From: Lama guanicoe
Taxonomy: Eukaryota
Direction: 5' to 3'
NCBI GenBank assembly: GCA_013239625.1
Contig: MU053520.1
Coordinates: forward strand, 710,934 to 745,465
Length of the DNA stretch: 34,532 nucleotides
In this document: positions 11,481 through 23,719 of the stretch, in pieces
How positions within the stretch are numbered: position 1 is the stretch's first letter
Layout of the letters: each line of letters starts with the position of its first letter
The notes under the pieces: generated by a model
What the model was told of the DNA's origin: nothing
What the model saw: the letters and a program-made list of their open reading frames with translations, nothing else
Databases searched by the model: none
Translations under genes and position numbers: made by a program

Positions 11481-11936
11481 TTATGTTGTCATTTTTATGG
11501 CTGAATAGTATTCCATTGTATAAATATGCCACATCTTCTTTATCCAATCATCTGTTGATGGATGTTTAGGGTGTTCCCATGTCTTGGCTGTTGTATATAG
11601 TGCTGCTGTGAACACTGAGATGCAGGTGTCTTTTTGAAATAGGGTTCCTTCTGTATGTATGCCCAGGAGTGGGATTACTGGGTCATATGGTGAGTCTATT
11701 CCTAGTGTTTTCAGGAATCTCCATACTGTTTTCCACAGTGGCTGCACCAAACTGAATTCCCACCAGTAGTGTAGGAGGGTTCCCTTTCCTCCACAGCCTC
11801 TCCAGCATTTGTCATTTGTGGATTTTTGAATGATGGCCATTCTGACTGGTGTGAGGTGATACCTCAACTCATTGCAGATTTGCCTTTCTCTGATAATTAG
11901 TGATATTGAGCATTTTTTCATGTGCCTATTGATCAT
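11481..11936 (-). pseudogene. L1 ORF2p C-terminal (cysteine-rich region) remnant ORF, 151 aa, non-functional
   Basis: Translation in the ORF track matches the L1 ORF2p C-terminus; no EN/RT domains; the downstream peptide continues in another frame. Confidence 0.9.
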
Positions 11937-13249
11937 TTGTATTTATTCCTTGGAGAATTGCTTGTTTAGGGCTTCTGCCTACTTTTGGATTGGATTGTTT
12001 GTTTTTTTCTTATTTAGTCACATGAGCTGCTTATACATTCTGTAGATCAAGCCTTTGTCAGTTTCATCATTTGCAAAAGTTTTCTCCCATTCTGTAGGTT
12101 GTCATTTGTTTTACTTATGGTTTCCTTTGTTGTGCAGAAGCTTGTAAGTTTCATTAGGTCTCATTTGTTTATTCTTGCTTTCATTTCTATTGTTTGGGTA
12201 GACTGCCCTAGGAGAGCATTTAAAGCTTAAATATACTGGAAAGCTTGCTTCCAGAAAATCATTCTATTTTCATTTAACATAATCACAACCCATATTCACT
12301 GGAGAAAAGTAAAATGGTCCCCCAAATTATTGGGGTAGAAGTAAAAATAAAAATCCAAGAGAAATTTGGAGCCTGAATCAAGGGGAGCAGAAGTTTGAAT
12401 GAAGCAAGGCATTCGATAATCAGAGCTTTGTTACAATTAACTTAGAGTTTAAAAGAAAAAAGAATTCTACATACTGCTCTATTCCATTTTGTTCTATAGT
12501 CATCCTATAGAACTTCCTGTCAGAATCATCTAAAGAGCTTTTTTGTGGAAAACATACAGTAAGACTTCACTACTGAAGGTTTTAATTTATTAGGGTATTT
12601 TCTTTCTTTATTATTTATTTGAAAACTCAAATGAAAATCCTGTCACACACCATTACCTAAGATACTCTCCAAGAGGATTTGGGTCAGGAGTTGGTGTTTT
12701 CCTTTTGAAATGGATGTCACTGGCCAGAGGGTATATTTAATATACATAGCCTGGCTTTTGAGGAGGGTGATATTCTAAAGGATAGAGTTGTTTAGCATTC
12801 TGTATGGATGTAACTTTTCTGTATGGGCTACTGCATAAAAAGAAATGTTAGCGTTCCACCAAACAATGGCACTCACTAGGCAGGAATTATTTGGTTTAAA
12901 GCAATAATTTTAATTAGCATAAGCTTATGTAAATATCAGTTTATATAAATGACTTCTTGAATTCCAATCAGGAAGTAATAATGTCCTCAGTTATTCATAT
13001 CGGAAATGGCATCATTAAGTATTAATTTAAAATAGAGAGCAAATAAAAGGATTCAGTGTACCATTAGCTCCAGTATATTTCTTAAATATGAACATATTTT
13101 GGCACCGAAACTCCCGGTTCCCTCCACTCTGCTATCTGTCCTAGAGTATCTTAGATTTGGCTAAAGTTGTAGATGAAATAAACTATGTTTCTAAGAGGCA
13201 CTGAAAAATTAAAAGAGAAAATCCTGATCAACTCCTTAAAATATAAAAT

Positions 13250-14480
13250 GGTTCTAAGATAACAGACACAAAATACAAACAGTCTAGGGAAAATATTTCA
13301 AGACAGAGCAAAAGTTAAACGTAACTATCATATAAAAGAGACATAATTTTACAGAACAATATTAAGGAACGAATGGTTAAATAAGCAAGAAAAATGATGA
13401 GAATATATAATAAATTTTAAAAAGATTAATGTAAACTATTAATCTCCTTTTAATGAAATAAATTTACATTTAAATGACATAAAATTTACTCTTATTAAAT
13501 ATGCATGTTGCTGAATCCTGGCCTTTGGTGCACACCAAATCGAAATCTGGAGACAAGAATTTTGGATGAAATAGAAAAGAACAATTTTATTTCTTTGTCA
13601 GGCAAAGAGGGTCACAACAAGCTAATGTCTCAAGACTACAAGCTTGATGTGCAGAGGGGCAAGAGGGAGTTTTATAGGGACAGTCCAAAGAACAGAGCTT
13701 CTGATAAACACCTATGAACATGCAGGGACTGCATTCTTTCCTCCCTGACACAGCTGTGTTGGCATCAAGAAAACCTTGTGATGGGGCTTCCTGTTTCTGT
13801 GGTTATCAGACCATGTCCTCCTCCTCCAGTGGGCCTTGGTCTGGTGTTTGTCTTCTGCACCTAGAGTTAATGAGTCATATCTCCAGACATTTCTGTGCCT
13901 GCAGCAAAGGGTGCTTAAGGGAGAGAGGGAGTGCTCTCAGGAAGAGAGAAACATGTGTTAGAGTCAGGCTAGAATGTGCTTTAGCATGAGGAAAGCTATT
14001 TTTCGGTTACAATTATCTGGGAATTTCAGAGAGGAGCTACAGCAGAGGATATGGGGGAGGAGTCTGTCCCAGAAAGTCCCCACAGGGTCCTGCTCTGTCA
14101 CATGCAAAATCTAATTCTTAGTGCTGGTGAGACTACGTGAACTTTCTATTGTCATGCAGAGCTCAGCACATGGCAATACAAATTCTTGTGATTTTTTTGG
14201 AAAGAAATTTGCCATGAATTTCAAAATCCATGAAACAGGTCACATGTTTTGTCTAGCAGTTCATTAGAATTGCGTCAAAGTAATAACAATAGACGTTAAA
14301 AGTTGTAAAAGATAATTAAATATGAATATAATACAGTTTAAAACATGCATACAATGTCATGTTCAGCAAAGATGCCAAAAGTAAACATATGAGCATTCTT
14401 TCTGCAACTGTGCCAAAACAGTTATTCATTATACAGAAAGTTTAGACAAGAACTTGATACAAAAATACAAATGATTGTGT
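13250..14480 (+). mobile_element. Ancient L1ME-like 3' relic, split by the LTR at 13506-14102
   Basis: A-rich decayed ORF2 C-terminal motifs ('agggaaaatatttc', 'ttcttagtgctggtgag', 'ttttggaaagaaatttgcc...ttttgtctagcagttc'). Confidence 0.55.
13506..14102 (-). mobile_element. ERV1-class LTR, apparently composite
   Basis: TGTTGCTGAA...CTGTCACA termini; perfect TSD TGCA (13502-13505 / 14103-14106); AATAAA on minus near 13587; an internal second LTR-like terminus CGGTTACA ends at 14011. Confidence 0.85.
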
Positions 14481-15799
14481 TGGGATTGGGGTATCATTTA
14501 GGATCCTCTTATATGTTGGTAAGTTTGATGAGGTTGATGTAGACAACCATGGGAAGGGAGTAAAGGTTCCAGGTGGTGTATTCACTATATCCACTCACCA
14601 TATGAGATAAAGGGCAATGGTAAAGGGTGTGAGAAGAAGAGAATGAACACATTCCTTAAAATTTTACAGAGCTGTCAAACTGTTATGAAATAAGGTGTTC
14701 AAATGTAGCAAGAACCTTTTGTTGGTTTCTTTTTTATTGTTTCTATCACCTGCAGATTTGACATAACCAAATTATGATGAGGCACCGCTATGCTGCAGAG
14801 AGGTTTATAATGTATATGAAAAAAATCTTCATAATGTTTGGAGCTTGGGGGCCTGTGAGAAACCCTGGGAAATTGCTTATGAGACCACACTGACATGTGA
14901 ATCTCATTTAGAGAGACTGAGTCGGGGGATACCATGGGTAAAAACAGCTGGAATACAATAAAGTGACAGGTCATCATAGAAGTTAAAAAAATCCATTTAC
15001 CTTCTCCAGGTGTTGCTATGTTTACTCAATTTTAAGGGACCATTAGTAAGCAAAACACATACTGTATTATGTTTTTTGTTTTCATTATTTGCCGAAGGGC
15101 CCAAGTGGAAATACTCTCCCAAAAAAGAAAGTGTGCTAAACACATAAAAATAAACTAAGTTAAGTTTTATCTCTGCCAGGTGAAAGTCAGTATTAATATC
15201 TAACAGGAAACGAAGCTCAGAGAAACAGTTAGATCCTTCATTGGACGGATAGAAAACCAACTCCACATCCTGTCAAAGCACATTGTATCAATGCAGAATG
15301 AGCTCCTTCATTCTGGATAGAAAAGATTTTAGACTGAATTCCTAAGAAGACTGGTCTCTTTTGGGCAAGTTTATACAATAACCATTAAGCTATACAAATA
15401 CAATAGGAGAAATAATTTAGTTCAATTTATTATTAGTTACTTCTCAATTGTACATCTCTTTTGGTCTAGAGTGAAAAATATATCCAGTCTTTCAGGCCAG
15501 ACTTTTTGACCCAGAAAGTTGAGGATTTTTATCAAATAGTTGAGGATTCTATAATTTGAAATCAAAAGTAGTATTGTGCTCTCAAAACCAGATAATTTTG
15601 CCTTTTCACTTGATGGGAAGGTCAGCAGTGAAAGTCTTTCAGGGGCTAATTTTACAAATACAGACACAGGAACAGAGTGGTTAAATTGCTTGTTCATGTT
15701 TACATGTCTAATCATGGTGGAGGAAGGATTAGGAACTTACAGCTTTTTCTCTAAATTAATTAAACTTTGAAAACACTTTTATACATTGATGTGGGATTT

Positions 15800-15827
15800 A
15801 TAGATTCAGTAAAATAGATTCAGTAAA
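15800..15827. repeat. 14-bp tandem duplication
   Basis: atagattcagtaaa x2. Confidence 0.9.
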
Positions 15828-16071
15828 AATCTGCTGCATTTTCCTTGAGGGATTTATTAGGGATGGGGGTGTGGTTAACTGGCTTGAAGATAAAAAATGA
15901 AAATCTTTTCTCTGGATTGGCAACAGTGGACCTTCAAACTACAAGCAGACATATTCATTATGTTAATAAAGAGCAAATTCCCATAATGTATAGGTGGCTC
16001 TTATCATAGAGAATAAAATAAAATCCAGTGGAGTAAAAGTCAGAAGAATTTCATGATCCTCTGTGAAGGGA

Positions 16072-16186
16072 TAAATGTGACAATGAATATATATATATGT
16101 TCATGTATAACTGAAAAATTGTGCTCTACACTGGAATTCGACACAACATTGTAAAATGATTATAAATCAATAAAAAATGTGAAAAA
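16072..16186 (+). mobile_element. Very short 5'-truncated young L1 3' end
   Basis: aatgtgacaatgaatata...atgttcatgtataactgaaaaattgtgctctacactggaatt.gacacaacatt.taaaatga.tataa.tcaataaaaa is near-identical to the reverse complement of ~11030-11140. Confidence 0.9.
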
Positions 16187-16494
16187 GATAGTTGGAGAAA
16201 ATCTGTGATACTGGCAAATGAAAGACATAATTGAAGGTAAACAAATTATATATTATATATTCATGATGATACACTCAGAGCCATTATTTATGACATGGGA
16301 CATAAACAAAGAAGTTATCACAGACCCCTTCCTAAAGACATTGTTTTGTGAATTATTGTGACCCAGTACAACTGGTAAAGTTCCAGAAATCGCTTCAGTG
16401 ATTATCAGAGACTAAAGAGAAATCATGGTCCTCCCATATATAGATCTTCCTTACCAATTACATTTTCATTCAATGACTTTCTCTTTGCAATGGA

Positions 16495-16590
16495 CACATA
16501 TTCAATAAATATTTATTAAGCATTTTCTGTGTTGAATTAGGGAGTATAAATACTAAATAAGTGAAAAACACAGTTTTTGACTTTAAACTT
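16495..16590 (-). mobile_element. L2 3'-end relic
   Basis: 'attcaataaatatttattaagcattttctgtgttg...aaataagtgaaaaacacagtttttgacttt'. Confidence 0.5.
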
Positions 16591-17212
16591 ACATTTTTTG
16601 TGGATATTTGTAAATTATATGTGAAAAGGAGAAAAAAATGCGTAATTGAGGAATAATATATTTACTTGTGAGAAGCACTGAGTTATTAAAAAAAAAAAGT
16701 GTGGGAACATGACGAAAACAAGTGAAATTGACTGAGAGGAGCAAAGAGATAAAAGCAGGTGAACCCAATCTGTCAATTCTAAAGCCCACTGCAGCTACAA
16801 GGTATTCTGAGAAGCAGTGCTGCCCACAGCTTAAGGCACAACTCTACAACGATTACTCAGATCATTTTAGTTGAATACTGTTTATTGAATCAGAGTTTGC
16901 CATCTGAGCCAAGCGTAGTTACTCAGTAAGATAGCCAACAGAATATGATGTGTCCTAGTGAAAAAGAATGAACTGAGAGAACCATTTCTCCCTGGAATTA
17001 TATTAAGAAAATCAGAAAAATTTAAGAAATTAACAATATGAGCTAAAAATTCCAGACAGACAACAGTGAATAGAATTGGAGCTATTAATAATTGTGATAA
17101 ACCAAAGCAATGAAGAAACAGACACTGTGGAGAAGTACTTGATATGCAGAGTAGAAGACAAAAAAAGTCAGTAGACAATGAGAAAAAAATAGAGATGAGA
17201 AGCAGAAACCAA

Positions 17213-17310
17213 CTTCCTTCCTTCCTTTCTTCTTTTCTATATTTCTTTCCTTCTTCCTTCCTCCTTTTTTTTCTTTCCTCTCTCACTCTTTCTTTCCTTT
17301 ATTCCTTCTC
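17213..17310. repeat. CT-rich low complexity ((TTCC)n-like), probably the decayed tail of the adjacent L1
   Basis: cttccttccttcctttcttcttttct... Confidence 0.8.
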
Positions 17311-17565
17311 TGAGGGAAAATAAAATACAACATTAAATTGATCATCTTAACCATTTTTAAATGTACAATAGTGTTAAGAATTGTTTGCAACATCCCTCTA
17401 GAACTTTTTCATCTTGCAAAGCTGAAACTCTACAGACATTAAACACTACTTCCCCCTCCCTCTGCTCACTCTTGGCAAAATACGTTTCTATTTTCTATTT
17501 CCATGTTTTGACTACTTTGGCTACTTCATAGGAGTAGACTCATATAATATTTGTGTTTTATGTCC
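17311..17565 (-). mobile_element. L1MB-like 3' end
   Basis: 'catcttaaccatttttaaatgtacaatagt...ctagaactttttcatcttgcaaagctgaaactcta...ttgactactttggctacttcataggagtagactcatataatatttgt'. Confidence 0.85.
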
Positions 17566-17757
17566 CTATAGAGTTCTTGAGTTGTGTGCTTTTCCAGTGA
17601 CTGATTCAATTTGGGTATGTGGGCATCCTTGTAACAGGTATAAAAATAAATATGCACCCTTGAGGGACAAAATAATACCAAATAAACCCAAGTGGTACTA
17701 AGCAAGATTTTCCTATTCAGTCAAGGACATAATTGAAACATACAATTTGAAATGTTG

Positions 17758-17860
17758 ATTTATTCACCAAATAATATTTGGAGAGAGTACATGGGCCCAA
17801 GAGATATATTAGGTATTGGTGTTTAAGGGAGATTAAAATAAATATATCCCACTTTTGCTT
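17758..17860 (-). mobile_element. L2 3'-end relic
   Basis: 'atttattcaccaaataatatttggagagagtacatgggcccaagagatatattaggtattgg'. Confidence 0.45.
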
Positions 17861-20800
17861 TGTGCCGGGGGGGAAAAAAAACTTTAAAAATACTTTATTG
17901 ATTTTAAAGTAAGTTTAATGTATTTTAACTGAGCTTAGAGACCTGAGGGAGAATGCAACTCATGATGGATTTTTTTAATAATGTTTTCATAAAACATTAA
18001 AATAAGTCTTAGTTCCACTCATCTTTCACGATGACAATACTCCTTGCTAGATTAATCTTAAAATAAACTTGATGCATTTTAATCTTGTGTGAAGGTTTTA
18101 AATATGCATTGTGATATATTTTAGTAAAATATATGAATGATGACATCTCTGTAAACAGTACTATGTAGAGAGAGATGCTGCTGAGCCAACTGGCTGTTAT
18201 AAAACTGAGCTTATCAACTGTCATGAATGCTTTTAAAAAGGCCTCCTTTTCATGATGCTAAAGATTTCAAAATCTCCTCTGCTTTGGCAAAATTAGATAT
18301 CTCACACACTGTGAGAATTTGTAACTAGAATTTACTTAGAAAACATTATTAAGTTCTATTAGAAACTTTGGTATTTGACCATTAACAGACAGATCAAATA
18401 CAAGAAGCTAATATTCTAAAATGAGCAACTTTCAATAATGCAGATGTGCTCAAAATTATGATCTTGCCATTATAAAAAGTAGACTTAATTCATGTCATTT
18501 ATGTTAAATTTATTTTTTTTTAAACTTCTCACTAGTGACATAGTTGTTATGATAGCCATTACAGCAGACTTCTAATGGATGATCTTTGGGAAAATTGTAT
18601 GAATTATAATGACAAAAAAAGTTTGTAAAGAAAAAGTATTGTCTAATTATATGAAAGAATTTCCACACAGCATGACTGCTAAATATTTGGAAAGTCTAGC
18701 TCTGGTCCTGTTAGGATCACTGTAAGTCTACTCCAGTAAGTAATCTCTAGATCTGGGACTGTTGGGCCAGATGGTAAAGAAAGGCGGTAGCTTAATTTTG
18801 GTTATGCAGGAGATCAGTTGTGCATGAAGATGGATGGTATGAGCCAGCGGGGTACAGGTCAGAGAGAAAGAACTGCTGAGATTAGCAGAAATGATTTAGG
18901 ATGCCCTCTGGGACATCATATCCTCTCCTGGGGAATCACGGTCAAAAGGGTAAGTGTCTGGATAAGCAGAAGAATAAGTAGTACACAGATTTCTCCAACC
19001 TATTGGATTAGGGGAAGCTTCATGCAAAAATAACCCATACTATCGATAACTTTTGGGAAAAAGTACAGATCTCTAAGTGAAGCATTTATCCTCCAACTTT
19101 TGCAGATCTCTCTGTTAAGAAGTGTTGTTTGTTAATGCTATGCTTAGGGTCCGAGAGTCGTTTTCTCATACCAGAATAGAACGTCTAACCTGGGGTCTAA
19201 AAGAGAATCATGGCCCCTAGACCTGCAAAATACTGATTATGGAGGACCTCATTTTCCCTCTATTTTGGATAATTCATTCATATGGAAGTGGTTTATTCTT
19301 CCCATGCTGATCTAGGATTAGGGCCTGTATACACATGACAGGATCAGTTTCATTTTGCCATCATAGAACTTTCATGTTAACAGGGATCTTAGAAGCTGGC
19401 TGGTCTCTACTTCTCACTACAGAGTAACACTCAGGTGTGATAATACTCCCACCTGGTCACCAAGCTCATCTCAGTTTACTGACCTGTCCTCATTACTCTA
19501 TCTTTCTCCAAGCAATGAGAGCAAGAAAAGATCTTGAAAAACTCAGAAGTGAGAAATCAGACTCAATCCTCTAAATGTTGCAACTCATTAAAAGACCTTG
19601 ATGAGAGAAAGGAGAGATAAATTTGGGCAATGGTTCAGATGTGTTAAGCATAATAGAATATGCAGGTCAATGAAAAGCTCCTCTAAAGTACAAACAATAA
19701 AAATACAAAGACCTATTTTTAAATATAGTTATGCTAGGTTTAAGTAAAACCATTACAAAATGCTTATATAAATTAATTCCATACTGCAAAGAAATTGCTC
19801 AGATATATTCAAAAATGTGAGTTTAACATATGTGTTCATATTTTGCACACTATAAAAAATGTAAAAAGATTGTGCCTAGAGGTTTTGTTAGGAGAAAACT
19901 TTGAGGAGGACCAGAGCTCTGCTATTACCAATCACTGGCTTGACTTGTGTTTTCTAATTTAACAAAAAGCCAAATCATTCATGTATGCCACTTCTAATTG
20001 CTTTAAACTATGGATGGATGGCTGTTTTTTTTTAAAGAGAGAGAACAAAAGTGGGTATGTTATTGCCCTGGGAGACTTAAAATCTCTGTTGGAACAGGAC
20101 AGCAGCCCAGCCCTCATATTCAATCAGGACCAATCAGTTAAAAGAAATGCTTCCCCCAGGAAGCCCACAATGGTTGGGGGAAGGAGATGGGAGGAGGGGA
20201 GAGGTAGTGCCTAGATGACCAGATTTTTGCTCAAGTGCATCTAAAGATTCTGTGAATTTTCTAGTCTTTTTGTAAAACTAATACTAGCAATAGGTTGCAG
20301 AGTTTTTTAGACTGATGTTAGTTTATTTTACGGGGGGAGACATTAGCAAACGGTGTCAGAGAATTTCTGTCTCAACTTTTTGTTAACTCTTAGTATATCA
20401 ATAAATTCTACTCTCAACTTTCAGAAAAAAAATGTAAATGGAAATGGAAATCATAGGCAAAACTGTTTGAAGATCCTTAAGGAACATTGTCAAAACTAAT
20501 ATAATGCTGTCCCTTTATGCATAAAGAGTTTAAATCTCTTAGTTGTGAAGCCAGTTGTCCTAGGTCACAGCAAGCCAAAGTGCAACCTTAAGTCTCTCTG
20601 TGTTATGCTAAGACAAAATTGATAAAGCTATTTTTCTTTTAAAAACAGAAATGAGGACAAGGATTATAAAAGAAGGAAACACAAAGGCACAGTCTAATGC
20701 AGGAGCAAGGCAGGCAGCATCAAAAAAGGCAGGAATTTGATAAACTAGAAGAATCTGAAAAACACTAAAGATCAATAATCTTTAAGATAAAGATAAAGAT

Positions 20801-23719
20801 AAAGAAGTTAAGGCAAAAAAGTCATATGAGTTCTTAAGTAAAGATGTTGGGACATTTCCCAGAAAATCTGAATTAACATAATCAGTAATAGAGTGCAAGA
20901 CTGCAAATTCTTATTCTGGGCTTTTTTTTTTTTTTTTCTCCAAAACACAGATATTATAATAGAAGACAAGTTCAGAGCTTCTGAATTTGAATACCAGTTA
21001 TGCTTGAGTAGGAATAGAAATGCATAGAATTATTGAGTCTATAGTCAGAGGACTCAGGAAATCAGAATTCCCAAATTCTACCCACTATTAATTAGTAAGT
21101 TAAAAACAAAATACATTAAAGAAAAAAAGCTCATCTTATATTTTCTTTTACCCCAAAAATAAAAGAATATGAAATAACTACACATGCTAGTAGATGTTTG
21201 CTGTAGTGTTTATGTGGAAATAAATCCTCTGTGCTAGTGAGAAACTAAAAACTTTTTAGATATGAAGAATAGCCATATAAGTATAATTATTTTCTTGCAT
21301 AACATACTGACTTTCATTCAGGCCAAAACCTTTTATTTTTAACACTACATTTAAAAGATAAATTTTTCAATAAAAATCCTGAAGTTTAGTTTCTAGCTAT
21401 ACATTCTGTGATGAATTTGCAGGTTTTTGATTTTAAAAGGGCAATAAACATGCATCATTCAATACAACTTTTATGTCAACTTTGGTGTAATAAATACCAC
21501 TGCAATGGATTTAAAAGCACCTCTTGTCAATCTGTAGCCTCTGGGGTGAATTATTATTAAAAGACATCAACAGAAATATGACACAGAACATATTGATTCA
21601 AATGCCATTGTTTCATCATCTATAACTGACCAGGACTGAACTAAAATTTATGCAAACACACATGCTCTTACACACACAAACATACTCTTACTTCATCTTA
21701 GAAATAAGTATTACTCTAACCAAATTAATAGGATAAACTAATTTACCCAGGAAATGACCACTTTCATGTATACTACCTTATAGATTTTTAACATAAAAAT
21801 TATTTGTATGCAAAAAAAATTCCACATGAAAATCTATTTTATCTAAGGAAAAACTTCAAATTAGTAACTTGTAAGTGCTTTAAGCAACTATGCATCTGAA
21901 AAAAATAAAAGACTGTCTTGAATAATCTCTTAAAATTCATTCCCTCAATTATCACAGATTTGTTAGGGTTTCTCATGATTCCAAATGACTTCTTACTTTT
22001 CTTAAGATGAACAATATTTTAGAAGTATATTAGAGATTTCTGATTAAATATAGTTTAAGTGTTAAATACTTAAGGCAATTAGTTTTTGTTTTTTCTTTTT
22101 TTTTCTTTTTCATGATATCTTGGATATGGAAAATCGAAATAGTGTTTACAAAGTCACATTAGAAATAGTTTAGGGACATGCTTACTTCATGAAATAATGA
22201 ATCAGTATGGCTTCTATGTGATTGAGACAGTCTTACTTGATATATTTATCTATAGGAAAATTCTAAAAGCAACTACATTTTATGCCATGATTTGAAATTT
22301 TAGTACGAATAAAAGGCAAATTAAAGTTATCCTGATATCAAATTATTCTCTTAAACAGTTTTAAATTGTATTCACTGATGAGATTAACAACTGGAAAGTG
22401 TTCAAAAAGAAAGAGAAAGCACTGATTTTGAGAGTTAAATGAGCCTAAAATGTCTAAAAAGCTGTTTACTTTACTCAATTCAAGTTTTTTGGCATGTTTT
22501 TATTTTCAGTGCACAAATATTTAGTCATAGGTACAGTCTTTTTCTGTAAGGTCTGCTGCATACTTTACAGAGCCAGAAAAGCAAATTTAGCTATGATCAA
22601 ATATTTCAGCACCCTAGATAATTTATTTTCCTCAAAAGTAGAATTAGATAAAAGAATGATGGAGTACCAATGTATCAGGCTATTATCAGACGCTGTAACT
22701 TATATGGCCTACATTGATTTTCTTCTCTGTAAGAGCTAATACACATGCTTTCAGTTTTATCAAGAGAATTTTAAAAAGGAAATATAAAATCTACAAAATA
22801 TATAACTCCATGAAATTTTATATCAGCAAATCCATGGGCACTGAACTGAAGAAAAGAGAGTCTATATTTTATATGATATTTAATTTAACTCCTCCATTGC
22901 CCTTTAACACTTAACACCCAACCATAAAGTCTAATTTTCTTCTGTTTCAATAACTTTAACATGGTAAAAACAAAAAGTTACAACTATTTATATTGCCTTA
23001 AGAATAAAAGTCAATTTGCCGTAGTCAAAGACAATCTAAAACTAATTAATTGAAATACAATTCTTCAAAAACTTTCAGCATCAGTAAATGAGGTTTAAAA
23101 AGAGAACCCTTCTGCTCTCATAGCTAAAACACCTTTGAAACAAATTTGATGCCTAAAACCTAAGACATCTTGTAACTTATTTAAGATTTAGAAAAGATGA
23201 GTGTTGTCTAAATAGTCATATTAATTAGATATATTAATAGAAAAGAGAATGGTTTCTTTAAAAAGTGAATAATTTAAAAAAATTTGCACTTCTGATTATG
23301 TGGTAGATTAAACATTCAAAGTTTCTCTCACTTCAAATTTGTAATTAGCCTCCATATGAAGCAGGGTTTCATTGCATATTATGGCTTGCAGGAATTTAAG
23401 AAAAGTTCAACCTTCCTTCCCAAAAGCATTAAGGAAAGATATCTGAGCAGCGAGCAGTAAAAACATGTGAAGTTAGGTGATCCTGAGGGAAAGTATTTAT
23501 ATAATACCCATTGTTATCCAAAGACTGAGCTGTAGTCAGTGGCAAAATGCAACACCTGTACGTTTTCTTACCTTCCTCCATTAAACTGGGGACACTAAAA
23601 GGGTACAAAAATGGCTCCCACATGAATAGCAGCACCATGAATCCTGGAAGAAGCAGGGATGAGAGCATCATTTAGGCTGCAGGGATTCCTATGAGTTTAA
23701 TGAAATAAACTAGCACTAA

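Larger units (their letters stand above)
11025..12220 (-). mobile_element. Relatively young 5'-truncated LINE-1 (ORF2 C-terminus plus 3'UTR)
   Basis: Minus-strand ORF2p motifs [25 protein letters not shown], PYDPx[24 protein letters not shown], then frameshifted PFAATWMxLExVILS; 3'UTR matches the fragment at 16072-16186. Confidence 0.95.

Noticed and set aside
11111..11936. Longest ORFs (152, 151, 113 aa) as host genes
   Set aside because: All lie in the truncated L1; several read through the N gap; 11481-11936 is an ORF2p remnant.
15208..15320. Helical-looking peptide ETKLRETVRSFIGRIENQLHILSKHIVSMQNELLHSG*
   Set aside because: No convincing in-frame acceptor (the stronger AG at 15179 leads to immediate stops); short and unrecognised.
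16882..17286. 134-aa ORF with basic N-terminus and hydrophobic stretch
   Set aside because: Starts in CT-rich low complexity, with composition typical of the antisense of A-rich DNA; no recognisable domain.
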